DNA from: a bacterium
GTDB taxonomy: Bacteria; Patescibacteriota; Minisyncoccia; Phycocordibacterales; CAIZLB01
Reading direction: 5' to 3'
Assembly (NCBI GenBank): GCA_037142735.1
Contig: JBAXAB010000001.1
Coordinates: 36,915-100,914, forward strand
Length of the DNA: 64,000 nucleotides
This document shows positions 38,818 to 47,889 of this stretch, piece after piece. Under the pieces are notes generated by a model. The model saw only the letters and a program-made list of their open reading frames with translations, was not told where the DNA came from and did no database searches. Position 1 is the first letter of the stretch; the number at the start of each line of letters is the position of its first letter. Both the position numbers and the translations under genes were made by a program.

Positions 38818-39405
38818 CTAGGCCTCGACCCCGATCAGTCCGCTCAACATGCTACGGACCAGGTTTGTCGAGGCCATCACAGGGATTCGGGCCAGTTCGA
38901 ATTGCAGGGCGAAGACAGGATCGTCGAGCACAACGCGCGCGGCGCTGAAAGGCAGATCCACTCGGCCGTTGTAGAGAACCAAGCCTTCAGCCTGAACCGA
39001 GCGCAACTTGAGAACCTCCGAGACTTCCGTTCCGGACAGATCCAGATGAGCCTTGATTTTGACCTGTTCGATGGACAACCTCTTCCATCTGTTCCTGTAC
39101 ATGTCGATGTACCTGACTTCGGCACAATCAGACATGTGAAATGCGGAACCTTCACAGCCGGAGACATGAAGGCCGCCCAGGAGATTGCACTTTTCGAAGC
39201 CGATCCTGCAGTCTGGCTCATTTTCGATGTGAAGCCATCCGTTGAAGGTGGTGTTCCGGAAACAGAGGGAATTGATAGGATTCTTCTTTCCGCCGTTGAT
39301 CGAGAAGTCATCAGTGACGATGAACGACTCGTGAATACCGAGCCCGTGTGGGCTGGTGAGTTTTGCCAGATACTCTGCTGGCTTTATGAGTGTAGGTGAT
39401 GACAT
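38818..39405 (-). CDS. Hypothetical protein, possible beta-helix/LRR-like solenoid (GC-rich islet)
   Basis: Recurring LCFRNTTF, IGFEKCNL, FHMSDC, LDLSGTEV; GGAGG SD upstream. Confidence 0.65.
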   Translation of the reverse strand: MSSPTLIKPAEYLAKLTSPHGLGIHESFIVTDDFSINGGKKNPINSLCFRNTTFNGWLHIENEPDCRIGFEKCNLLGGLHVSGCEGSAFHMSDCAEVRYIDMYRNRWKRLSIEQVKIKAHLDLSGTEVSEVLKLRSVQAEGLVLYNGRVDLPFSAARVVLDDPVFALQFELARIPVMASTNLVRSMLSGLIGVEA

Positions 39406-39520
39406 ATAGAGTTTCCTCCATCGGGTAGACTAATATAATCTACATTTTTATACAAGCAAAAAGCCGCCCACCCATATGCCAAATAGGGTAGACGGCTCTG
39501 CGAAGGTTATCACCAGGACA

Positions 39521-39940
39521 TTATTTCGATTTCGGCCTGATCGGTGACGCCCACCAAAAGGTGTACCCAACGGCACACACAGCTCCGACGATGGTCGCAA
39601 CCTGATACGCAATGAACACCGGGGCAAAAAAGCACCCCGTGATGAAGATCGCCAAGATGCCAATTCCAATCAGCATCCGTCTTCCGGGATGGCTGTCTTG
39701 GGAATCTCCAGATTCATACTCGGAAAAGAACATAAAAGTATTGAATGCAACATAACCGACCCAAAGACACAGGCTAGTAACTGTCGCGGTGTGTTCGAGC
39801 CATTTGTACAGCTTGGCCCAGTGTTTGATCGAGCCGACTTCGATGGCCGCGACAGTGATAAGGATTGCTATGATGAACGCACCGAGGATATACACTGCGC
39901 GATCTTGGGTAGCGGAAGTTGGGACTAGACGATTGCTCAT
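39521..39940 (-). CDS. Four-TM membrane protein (GC-rich islet)
   Basis: Four hydrophobic segments; CA-rich leader; terminator at about 39456-39497. Confidence 0.7.
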   Translation of the reverse strand: MSNRLVPTSATQDRAVYILGAFIIAILITVAAIEVGSIKHWAKLYKWLEHTATVTSLCLWVGYVAFNTFMFFSEYESGDSQDSHPGRRMLIGIGILAIFITGCFFAPVFIAYQVATIVGAVCAVGYTFWWASPIRPKSK

Positions 39941-40090
39941 TTGTTTTTTAGGAGTGGAGTTTAGGTTTGTGGTGATTTCGCTTTTTTATCAGCGACACCT
40001 TGGATGGTACTAGGTAAAACTACTACCCTCAAAGATGGCGCTGAATTTCCCATATCAAAAAACTACAATATCTATCTAAAACAATAGTAT

Positions 40091-40123
40091 ATAAAAAAGG
40101 CCCCGTAAAGGGGCCTTTTTTAT
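40091..40123 (-). terminator. Terminator of rpmA (bidirectional form)
   Basis: ATAAAAAAGGCCCC / GGGGCCTTTTTTAT. Confidence 0.8.
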
Positions 40124-40139
40124 AATGTATTTGTATAGA

Positions 40140-40412
40140 TTACTCTACATTCACTACACCTTTCTTACTGACAGTATTATCAAAGTTTACCTTTCGTTTC
40201 GTACCGTAACTAACGGTTCCTTCTTTCTTTGCATACAAAGTGTGATCAGAACCTACACCAACGTTTTTACCAGCCATGATTTTAGTACCACGCTGTCGCA
40301 CGATGATTGCACCGGCACTAGCACGTTCTCCAGCATAGAGCTTAATACCCAAGTACTGTGGGTTTGAATCGGTGAGGTTTTTTGCGCTACCTCCAGCTTT
40401 TTTGGTTGCCAT
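40140..40412 (-). CDS. rpmA: 50S ribosomal protein L27
   Basis: [29 protein letters not shown]. Confidence 0.97.
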   Translation of the reverse strand: MATKKAGGSAKNLTDSNPQYLGIKLYAGERASAGAIIVRQRGTKIMAGKNVGVGSDHTLYAKKEGTVSYGTKRKVNFDNTVSKKGVVNVE

Positions 40413-40522
40413 TTATCGTAATTTTAAGATTTATTTATGCCTGCTTCATCTGATTTCTTATAAGATAGAGACGCATTCACAAGCCAGAACAGTATATCAA
40501 TTTATTTAATTAAATCAAGCCT

Positions 40523-40780
40523 ATGAGCCTCAAAATCAAAAGCGTCCTTTGGCCCATAATAATGATCGTATCCTTAGGTCTAAGTACCGGTGCCTTTGTT
40601 TTAGGTTCAAAAATCATAGCCAAAGAGCAATCTCCACCTCCAATTTCGATCGCATATCCCGAAGGATACATTGATTTGCCCGAAGAAAAAATAGTTAAAT
40701 CATCTAAGGCCTCAACTAAAACCAAAAAGGTGAGGAAGCCTCGTCAAACTAGCAAAACCCTTAAAAACGTGGTTTTGTAG
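40523..40780 (+). CDS. Small membrane protein with basic tail
   Basis: One TM plus a Lys-rich C-terminus. Confidence 0.65.
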   Translation: MSLKIKSVLWPIIMIVSLGLSTGAFVLGSKIIAKEQSPPPISIAYPEGYIDLPEEKIVKSSKASTKTKKVRKPRQTSKTLKNVVL

Positions 40781-41000
40781 TTTTTCGGTTTATAGGCTTA
40801 TATAGAGCCATATTATCAAGGCTTCCAGACTCTTTTTTCATCAAAAATCATTGACAGGGTGGCGTCTCCGTGCTAGTATGTATGGGTACCACATGCATTC
40901 CATGTGGTTTTATTGTGCAAGCGTATAAACAGACCGCAATCGACATACGCATTATTAATTAAGGAATTGGCTTATTATACAACTCACCATTGGACTCGCG

Positions 41001-41519
41001 ATGCTTACATCAGGATTCTTGGGAACAAATCAGGTTTCTGATACTCCCAATACTTCAACAACCAACGCGATTATCACAACTGCTAGCCCAAGTGCGTTGG
41101 TTGCCTCAACAACAGCAACAGCTTCTGGGGTAACAGTTCAAGCGAAACTTAACAACAATAAAAACTACAATTTTGGCCAAAAGGTTAGAGACAATACGTC
41201 TGACAAACCTTTAATGGCTGAAATTTCTAATTGTGAATCTCACTTTAGACAGTACAACAAAGACGGCTCGGTTCTCCGAGGTATCGTAAACAATCGTGAC
41301 GTTGGACTATTCCAAATTAACGAACATTACCACCTCGACCGGTCCAAGAGACTAGGTTACGACATCTATTCACCAGAAGGAAACATTGGCTATGCCAAAC
41401 TCCTTTTCAACGAAGAAGGTCCGGAACCTTGGATTTCTTCATCACCTTGTTGGTCTAAAACCTCAGCTTACCGTGACTACGTAGCATCAACTCAGAATAA
41501 CTTAGTGGCTATACAGTAA
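41001..41519 (+). CDS. Secreted lysozyme-like / lytic transglycosylase domain protein (true start possibly 40974)
   Basis: ISNCESHFRQ, DVGLFQIN, NIGYAKLL, PWISSSPCW; Ser/Thr-rich linker; TTGACA/TAGTAT promoter at about 40851-40879. Confidence 0.8.
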   Translation: MLTSGFLGTNQVSDTPNTSTTNAIITTASPSALVASTTATASGVTVQAKLNNNKNYNFGQKVRDNTSDKPLMAEISNCESHFRQYNKDGSVLRGIVNNRDVGLFQINEHYHLDRSKRLGYDIYSPEGNIGYAKLLFNEEGPEPWISSSPCWSKTSAYRDYVASTQNNLVAIQ

Positions 41520-41562
41520 TCCCTTAACCTGTGCGAGAACACAAAGTTCTTATAGCACATAA

Positions 41563-41661
41563 CAAAACCACCCCTACCGTCATGGTAGGGGTGGTTTTGT
41601 ATATGAAAGTATTCAGACAAACGAAAAGGCCTGCATCATTAGTCACTTTTGATGCAGGCCT
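41563..41661. terminator. Two convergent terminators
   Basis: 16-bp stem CAAAACCACCCCTACC / GGTAGGGGTGGTTTTG (41563-99) and 12-bp stem AGGCCTGCATCA / TGATGCAGGCCT (41627-61). Confidence 0.8.
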
Positions 41662-41689
41662 CGGGTTCGGTGTTGTTGTTCTGTGATGG

Positions 41690-42262
41690 CTACGGGCCGA
41701 CTTCGAAGTCGAGGTAGCCGGCAACCTCGACTGGTGGCAAAGATGGGTTCTTAACCCGGGCAACGAGATTGGCAATATCTTTGCGACTGGCGTTCACTGG
41801 CTTGTAGGTGAAGTCGGTCTCACTGACTTCGAGATTGACACTGTTGATGTATGACCCGAGCTCTTGAGCGCGAAAGTAATCATCAGCATTCTTCTTTTTG
41901 TCGCTGTTAGCCAGAGCCTTCAGCTCTTCAAGCCTTCGGTTACCGCTTAGGATACGCAAACGCATCCTGTAATCGGCGACCCAGTATGACCCGAAGTAGG
42001 GAAGAGACTTGGTTTTGCTCAGCTCGACAGAGGTCACCTTCCGTTCTTTGAGGGCGACGCTCACCTTGTCGATGAGCCTGGCGATTTCACCCTCTGACAA
42101 TTTGGATTGCTCCATCTTATCGAGGACTTTGACCGCCTCGGCATATGGGGCGATGCGTTTTTGTGCTTTCTCCTTTTCATTTGGCAATGAGACTGCCACC
42201 ATGATCGCGGCCATAAGGCCCGCGAGCATGAAGATAGGGAGAATTTTCTGACTTTGATACAT
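41690..42262 (-). CDS. Membrane-anchored or secreted hypothetical protein (islet)
   Basis: N-terminal hydrophobic helix followed by a helical domain; CA-rich leader. Confidence 0.75.
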   Translation of the reverse strand: MYQSQKILPIFMLAGLMAAIMVAVSLPNEKEKAQKRIAPYAEAVKVLDKMEQSKLSEGEIARLIDKVSVALKERKVTSVELSKTKSLPYFGSYWVADYRMRLRILSGNRRLEELKALANSDKKKNADDYFRAQELGSYINSVNLEVSETDFTYKPVNASRKDIANLVARVKNPSLPPVEVAGYLDFEVGP

Positions 42263-42357
42263 GATATTGGTGGTTGGTTTGTGGTTCAGTATGAAAGGCC
42301 TTTGGACACTTGCGTGTACTCTAGCCGTTCATTGCTAAACCCAAACTCCATCACAGA

Positions 42358-42405
42358 TGTAAAGAACTTTGATAAAATAATACATTGAATATACAATAGT
42401 GTCAA
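42358..42405 (-). promoter_or_regulatory. Sigma70 promoter plus boxA-like element
   Basis: TTGACA (42405-00), 17 nt, TATTAT (42382-77), then AGTTCTTTACA (42368-58). Confidence 0.7.
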
Positions 42406-42438
42406 CGTCTCCACTTCCTGTGATATAATCTCCCTCAC

Positions 42439-44181
42439 ATGACCCAAGAACAAGCATTGAATATCTTAAAAATGGGTTACAACGCCTACATAACAGGCCC
42501 TGCAGGAAGCGGTAAAACCTACCTCCTAAACAAATATATTAAATATTTAAAGAATCGCGACGTTGAAGTCGGTATCACTGCTTCAACTGGTATTGCAGCC
42601 ACGCACATTGGTGGAGTGACCATTCATTCATGGACAGGACTCGGGATCAAAAGTGTTCTAACAGAATACGATTTGGAAGCGCTTCAAGAAAAACAATATC
42701 TATGGAAGCGCTTTGAAAAAGTTAAAATCTTGGTGATCGATGAGGTCTCGATGCTTCATCATTATCGATTAGATCTCGTCGATCGTGTATGTAAAAGTTT
42801 TAAACGAAACAACAAACCATTCGGCGGTATTCAAATTATTCTATGTGGAGACTTTTTCCAGTTACCGCCAATTTCAGCTTCGTATGAAGACGAAGGGCAG
42901 TTTATTTATCATTCATCTGCGTGGAAAAATGGAAACTTTAAAATATGTTACCTCGAAGAACAGCATCGTCAAACAGACAACGAAACAATTTCCATTCTAA
43001 ATGAAATACGAGTAAACAATGTCAGTCCTAAAAACTTGGCGTTACTAAAAAGCAAAATCGCTAAACCTCACACTGAAAAAGATGGAGCGTTTGAACCGAC
43101 ACGTCTCTACACTCACAATGTTGATGTAGACAATATTAATAATCGGGCTCTGGCTGATTTGAAAGAAGATGAAAAAATATATGACATGATCACCAGGGGT
43201 GGCAACGAAGTCCTAACGGATCTCTTAAAAAAATCATGCCTCGCTATCGAGAGAATTAAATTAAAAGTGGGGGCAAAGGTTATGTTTGTTAAAAATAATT
43301 TTGAAACAGGGTATGTGAATGGAACTTTGGGAACTGTCATTGCCTTAGGCAAGAATGGTCCGACGGTCAGAACATATAAAGGCCAAGTTATAGACGTGGA
43401 ACCGGCTAGTTGGAAAATCGAAGAAGATGGAAAAGTTAAAGCTGAAATTATCCAATATCCACTCCGTCTCGCTTGGGCCATTACGGTCCATAAAAGCCAA
43501 GGAATGAGTTTGGACTATGTCGAGGTAGACTTGTCTAAATCTTTTGAAAAGGGAATGGGGTATGTTGCTTTATCTCGAGTCCGTTCAATAGAAGGACTTC
43601 GAATAATTGGCCTGAACGATATGGCCCTTCAAGTGAGTGACGACATTGTAGAATATGACGAGGAACTACGCGAAAAATCAGCAGGGGCAGTTCGAGGACT
43701 TTTACAATTGGAAAATGCTGACATAAAAAAACGACAAGTAGATTTTTTAAAGCATATTGGTGCTAACAATCTTGATCCGGATGATAATATAAAAAATTAT
43801 ACTAAAAGTAATAGGGCAGGGGACAAAAAGAAAAACACCAGAACAAGCACTTTCGATCTGACTAAAAATTTAATAATGGAAGGTCACACTCTGGATGAAG
43901 TTTCTCGCTTACGCAATCTAAAACCTGAAACCATTCTTGAACACTGTGAAAAAATTCTAGAAGGGGATGCATTTTTTGATTTCTCATCAATATATAAATC
44001 TGTCAGTATTCGAAAACAGCAAAGAATTCTAGCGGCTTTTAAAAAGGCTCACAAACTGGGCGAGTCTACTAAATTGGTATTAGAAAAACTTTCTCTGGCT
44101 CCAGTTAAGCACCTTTTAGACAACACTTTTAGTTATGTTGAAATCCGGGCAATTCGCATGATGCTTATTCAGGGGTTGTGA
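42439..44181 (+). CDS. Pif1/RecD-family DNA helicase with C-terminal HTH
   Basis: TGPAGSGKT, TASTGIAA, IDEVSM, CGDFFQLPP, QYPLRLAWAITVHKSQG, YVALSR. Confidence 0.93.
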   Translation: MTQEQALNILKMGYNAYITGPAGSGKTYLLNKYIKYLKNRDVEVGITASTGIAATHIGGVTIHSWTGLGIKSVLTEYDLEALQEKQYLWKRFEKVKILVIDEVSMLHHYRLDLVDRVCKSFKRNNKPFGGIQIILCGDFFQLPPISASYEDEGQFIYHSSAWKNGNFKICYLEEQHRQTDNETISILNEIRVNNVSPKNLALLKSKIAKPHTEKDGAFEPTRLYTHNVDVDNINNRALADLKEDEKIYDMITRGGNEVLTDLLKKSCLAIERIKLKVGAKVMFVKNNFETGYVNGTLGTVIALGKNGPTVRTYKGQVIDVEPASWKIEEDGKVKAEIIQYPLRLAWAITVHKSQGMSLDYVEVDLSKSFEKGMGYVALSRVRSIEGLRIIGLNDMALQVSDDIVEYDEELREKSAGAVRGLLQLENADIKKRQVDFLKHIGANNLDPDDNIKNYTKSNRAGDKKKNTRTSTFDLTKNLIMEGHTLDEVSRLRNLKPETILEHCEKILEGDAFFDFSSIYKSVSIRKQQRILAAFKKAHKLGESTKLVLEKLSLAPVKHLLDNTFSYVEIRAIRMMLIQGL

Positions 44182-44211
44182 TGTGTAAAATATGATATAA
44201 TTTTTACATAT

Positions 44212-44703
44212 ATGTTTTATTTTAATCAAATCATGCCCTACATACTTTTGACACTTACTATTCTTCCAACGTCTTTGCTCTTGGTCTATTCTGCTTTTGA
44301 AATTATATGGTCACACAAGCTTTCAATAAAGCCATCTTGGATTTTTACTAAAGCCTCTTTTCTTTTAATTGGGGTTTCTCTGGGTCATCTTTTATTATCA
44401 ATCGGGGATAGAGGACTGGGCTTGATACCGTACGTTCATAATTCTTTTTTCGAAATTGCTTTTTATATTTACAACCTTCTTGCAGGAGCCTACATCTGGA
44501 AACTTATCCGAATTTCATGGCCACACAAAATTGGAATGCTTCTTGTTAAGCAACACATACTTGCCCTAGTGGTTAGATTGATAACTCGCATTCAAAAGTT
44601 CTTGATAGACAGCTATTTTGTGCACATTATTGCCTTTATCGCCCTACTCTTACTACTAGTCAGCTCTCTGTTTGGCAAAAACCTATACGTACAGATTAGA
44701 TAA
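44212..44703 (+). CDS. Membrane protein
   Basis: Four or five hydrophobic segments; TATAAT just upstream. Confidence 0.7.
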   Translation: MFYFNQIMPYILLTLTILPTSLLLVYSAFEIIWSHKLSIKPSWIFTKASFLLIGVSLGHLLLSIGDRGLGLIPYVHNSFFEIAFYIYNLLAGAYIWKLIRISWPHKIGMLLVKQHILALVVRLITRIQKFLIDSYFVHIIAFIALLLLLVSSLFGKNLYVQIR

Positions 44704-44732
44704 ATACCCTTATTTGTAGGGTTGTTTCACGC

Positions 44733-44918
44733 TTGACAAACAATCTAAATAGTAGGATAATATACCTAGTAGATAGGGGTTCTTTACATTGGTTCAGATG
44801 GGCTTTCAAGGATGCAAAAAGGATGGGTCCAGACAAGACCTTTTCTCCTTGCATCTTTGGAAAGCTTACGCCGCCCAAGGGTCACACCACCACACCTAAC
44901 CACCACCGACCACCCACC
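44733..44918 (+). promoter_or_regulatory. Islet promoter, boxA-like element, leader hairpin and CA-rich leader
   Basis: TTGACA (44733), 17 nt, GATAAT (44756); GTTCTTTACA 44779-88; hairpin at about 44801-44867; CACCACCGACCACCCACC before the ATG. Confidence 0.7.
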
Positions 44919-45419
44919 ATGAAAAACATCACCCGCAGCGCCTTCCGTAGGCAAGAACGAAACAAAGGCATTGTAGCCATCGCTGCAACCTTCGTGATCG
45001 CTTTGATCATCGCCGCATTTGCATTCGTCGTCTGGGCTCACACCGAGAACCCCGACAACTGGAAGGCAGAGGCGAAACTGGGAATGAAGCGTCAGCAAGC
45101 CGCGAGGTTTGTTGTCGAGACTCTCCGCGAAGTGAGAATGTTCCAGCAGGAACTCTCAGCGGAGAAAAAAATCACGGTTGCCAAAGCACTAGCCGAAGTC
45201 AAAGAAGGCCTCGCGGACATCAACAACCCTCCAAGCCGACTAACAACTGAGCGGCTGCGCAAGTCACTGGCGAACATCCGCATCTACGAGCACCCCGTGT
45301 TCGAAGAGCTCCTGGAGGAATCCGGAGCCGACTGGTTGCCGACCATTCGTGAGTGCCTCCTTGGGGTGTCAACACACCGCGAGGTCAAGCTCATCGTCCA
45401 AAGCGCCGAAATCGAGTAG
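44919..45419 (+). CDS. Membrane-anchored hypothetical protein (GC-rich islet)
   Basis: MKNITRS..., TM IVAIAATFVIALIIAAFAFVVWA, helical domain; long hairpin terminator at about 45462-45543. Confidence 0.75.
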   Translation: MKNITRSAFRRQERNKGIVAIAATFVIALIIAAFAFVVWAHTENPDNWKAEAKLGMKRQQAARFVVETLREVRMFQQELSAEKKITVAKALAEVKEGLADINNPPSRLTTERLRKSLANIRIYEHPVFEELLEESGADWLPTIRECLLGVSTHREVKLIVQSAEIE

Positions 45420-45630
45420 GGGAATAAAGTACCCGAGCTCGGCAAGAGGCCTTCGGGCCAAAAGACACCTGCGCGTAGCACTTCGAAAGAAATCTTCAAA
45501 AATTTCCCGAAGCGCACGCCAGGTGTTTTCTTTTTTATTTTTTGTAAAAGAATTGATAAATAGACAATATTTAAATTTCCCATTTTTGATGAAAATGTGT
45601 AGAGGGGATATAGGTCGAGAGTATATATGT

Positions 45631-45658
45631 ATGTCGCACAATATATCTTTTGCGACAT
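45631..45658. other. Candidate dif-like Xer recombination site
   Basis: ATGTCGCACAA-TATATC-TTTTGCGACAT: 11-6-11 layout with near-perfect inverted arms, at the gene-orientation switch. Confidence 0.55.
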
Positions 45659-46002
45659 GTGCCTATAGGCAGACTCTGAATGCACTACTTGGTTCTATCA
45701 ACAAAGCCATGCTAGTCTTATGCACAGACCAAGCTCCATTTGCTTTTCAAATGAATCAGGTCAAATTCACCGCAACCCAAATCCACAACTGCCACAAATG
45801 AAAAAAAAATAATCCTTGCAATTCAACCACAGCGATCTGATCTTAGGCACCGTCCACTGTTATTTTCTGTGCCGATACCTCAGTACCAATGCCATCGGCC
45901 GTTTCTTCAATTGCCCGTTGGAATGTTGAAGAGATTCTACAATGCCGGTGCCACTGTATGTAGGCGCTAAAGTTCACATTCACCCAAAACAAAAAACAAC
46001 CC

Positions 46003-46120
46003 AAACCTACCGTCGCCGCAAGGCCGCGGTAGTTTGTTTTTTATTGAAGGGGACTCGACTTCCCTATTTTGCCTTTTTATAAAACAACAACCCCGCGTGG
46101 ACAGATTTCCACACGGGGGT
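46003..46120. terminator. Convergent terminators
   Basis: CTACCG..CCGCAAGG..CGGTAG plus T-tract (+ strand) and AACCCCG.GTGGA..TCCAC.CGGGGTT (- strand). Confidence 0.65.
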
Positions 46121-47511
46121 TAAGGTTTGTTTTTTAGTGATTCGCCAGGTTCTAAACCCGACGCTTGATGTTCAATCCTTTGGTGCACCCGAACCAAGTG
46201 CCCTGGGATGATATTAAACATGAGTAGCTGTGCGAGCTGGACAATAAACGGATCTGAGCCAGTGATGAGTCTCTTGTGCAGACGAAGGCGCCCGTAGATG
46301 TGATCACCGTCGAGGAGCTCAACCAGCATGCTATCACCTTTCTTTGTAACCTTGATCTTTGCGATAACTGGCACTCCAATTTTCCGGAAGTACTTGGTCC
46401 ATTCGGCTTTGACCTTGACCCATTCATCTTGGTCTGCAGGTCCAAGTATGATGCCGAAGGACGCGAACACTGACAAAGGCTCAGTGACTTCCTCGGTTAT
46501 CCGACCAGGTAAATCCGCGACCACCAGCTTTGGACCAGGCAGTGATTGAAGCTCGAACATAGACCTCACAGATTCCTGCACAAGCTCTGGGGTCCACTCA
46601 CGCTTATTGGCTTTGGATATTCGCCTGTTTGGAACTGCATGGTTTCTGATAGAATCTGCCACCGGATCTGCGAGGTCAAGCATCTTCATCAATGCACGTA
46701 GTTTACGGATCCTTCTCCAGGGTCCAGGCCGATTACGTAGGCAGTCGAGCTGGCTAGAAAACTCGACGTCCAGTGCAGGCATAGTGGTGCTTTTACTTGT
46801 AGCCGGTGGTCCCCCAATCAAGATTGTTGGTCCTCCCATAAGCATCAAATAAACTACCAACGCCTCGTCCAAGATCATCTGCTTGTAGCCAGTGATATGC
46901 CTTAAGCGATCGGGATCTGTAATACCCTTTCGTCTTTCACTAATTGGGGTAGTAAGAGGCCGAGCATATGCTCCGAGTCTGTAGCGCAGTTGACTGAGCT
47001 CTTCGTACACGCACTTTACCTTAGCATCGAGCTTGTCCGCGATGACGGCTGGGTTGAGGCTCTCCGAATGAATTCGGTCGAACACCTTAGCACAATCAGC
47101 CATCGCTTTTTTGGGTTTACCATGGCGGGAAAGCTGGCCAGTGAAGGCCAACCACTTCCTCCACGCCGTTTTTTGTTTTCCTCCAAACGAAAAGAAATGT
47201 CTCATCCCTTTCAGTTGGAAACGATTTGCATGACAGAGGCCATCCACTGCCAATAATTCTTCGACCAGACCTTGCAAACTCTTTTCAGAGAGATTAAGGT
47301 CGACTATTGCGCCGCATCCACTGAAGAAATCTGCTGGTGACTTTTCAGTCCTCGACAGAGAATTCCAGCGAATGTGATGCTTGCCAAGGAATGACCCTCG
47401 GGCTGTTTTAGCCTTGCTTAAGAGCCAATAGACGAAAGCGTCTAGGGGGCGAAAAGGAAGTGGTATCAACACAATCCTCAGGGCACCCTTCGGTAATTGT
47501 GTGATGTTCAC
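46120..47511 (-). CDS. Hypothetical protein with a degenerate P-loop-like domain
   Basis: 463-aa GTG-start ORF; TILIGGPPATSKST, LDLADP, LVVADLPGR. Confidence 0.65.
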   Translation of the reverse strand: MNITQLPKGALRIVLIPLPFRPLDAFVYWLLSKAKTARGSFLGKHHIRWNSLSRTEKSPADFFSGCGAIVDLNLSEKSLQGLVEELLAVDGLCHANRFQLKGMRHFFSFGGKQKTAWRKWLAFTGQLSRHGKPKKAMADCAKVFDRIHSESLNPAVIADKLDAKVKCVYEELSQLRYRLGAYARPLTTPISERRKGITDPDRLRHITGYKQMILDEALVVYLMLMGGPTILIGGPPATSKSTTMPALDVEFSSQLDCLRNRPGPWRRIRKLRALMKMLDLADPVADSIRNHAVPNRRISKANKREWTPELVQESVRSMFELQSLPGPKLVVADLPGRITEEVTEPLSVFASFGIILGPADQDEWVKVKAEWTKYFRKIGVPVIAKIKVTKKGDSMLVELLDGDHIYGRLRLHKRLITGSDPFIVQLAQLLMFNIIPGHLVRVHQRIEHQASGLEPGESLKNKP

Positions 47512-47649
47512 TTTTTGTATGTAAATGACCTAATGCTCCATCCATCGGAGCACTTTGGTCCGTTTTGTTGAAGCGGGTTTGGGGCCCAGATGGATTGGAA
47601 AACTAGGCCAAATTTAACATTTTATTTTGCATTTCGTCAACATTTCCGT

Positions 47650-47889
47650 TTACCCGTTTATAATACTTTTTATGAAGTGGAAAATATCTACCAAATCGTT
47701 CCATACAAGAATCAAGAGGTCTTTAACATAGAGTCCAAATTCTCTGACTGCAGGTTTAGCCAACACTGTCGTAATATTAATACCCAACAGATGAAGCATG
47801 ACTATTGAAATAATAATGGCTACGATGAATTCGATAAATCCTCCTGATTTGTTACGATAGCCTTTGTACCTTTGTAAATTATGCTTCAT
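47650..47889 (-). CDS. Small membrane protein with class-III-signal-like N-terminus
   Basis: Basic leader, GG|FIEFIVAIII hydrophobic stretch; overlaps the asnB stop. Confidence 0.65.
   Translation of the reverse strand: MKHNLQRYKGYRNKSGGFIEFIVAIIISIVMLHLLGINITTVLAKPAVREFGLYVKDLLILVWNDLVDIFHFIKSIING

Noticed and set aside
44733-44918. N-terminal extension of the 228-aa ORF (likewise 59032-59163 for the pilin)
   Set aside because: These segments are promoter, hairpin and CA-leader sequence; the TTG start at 44733 is the -35 box.
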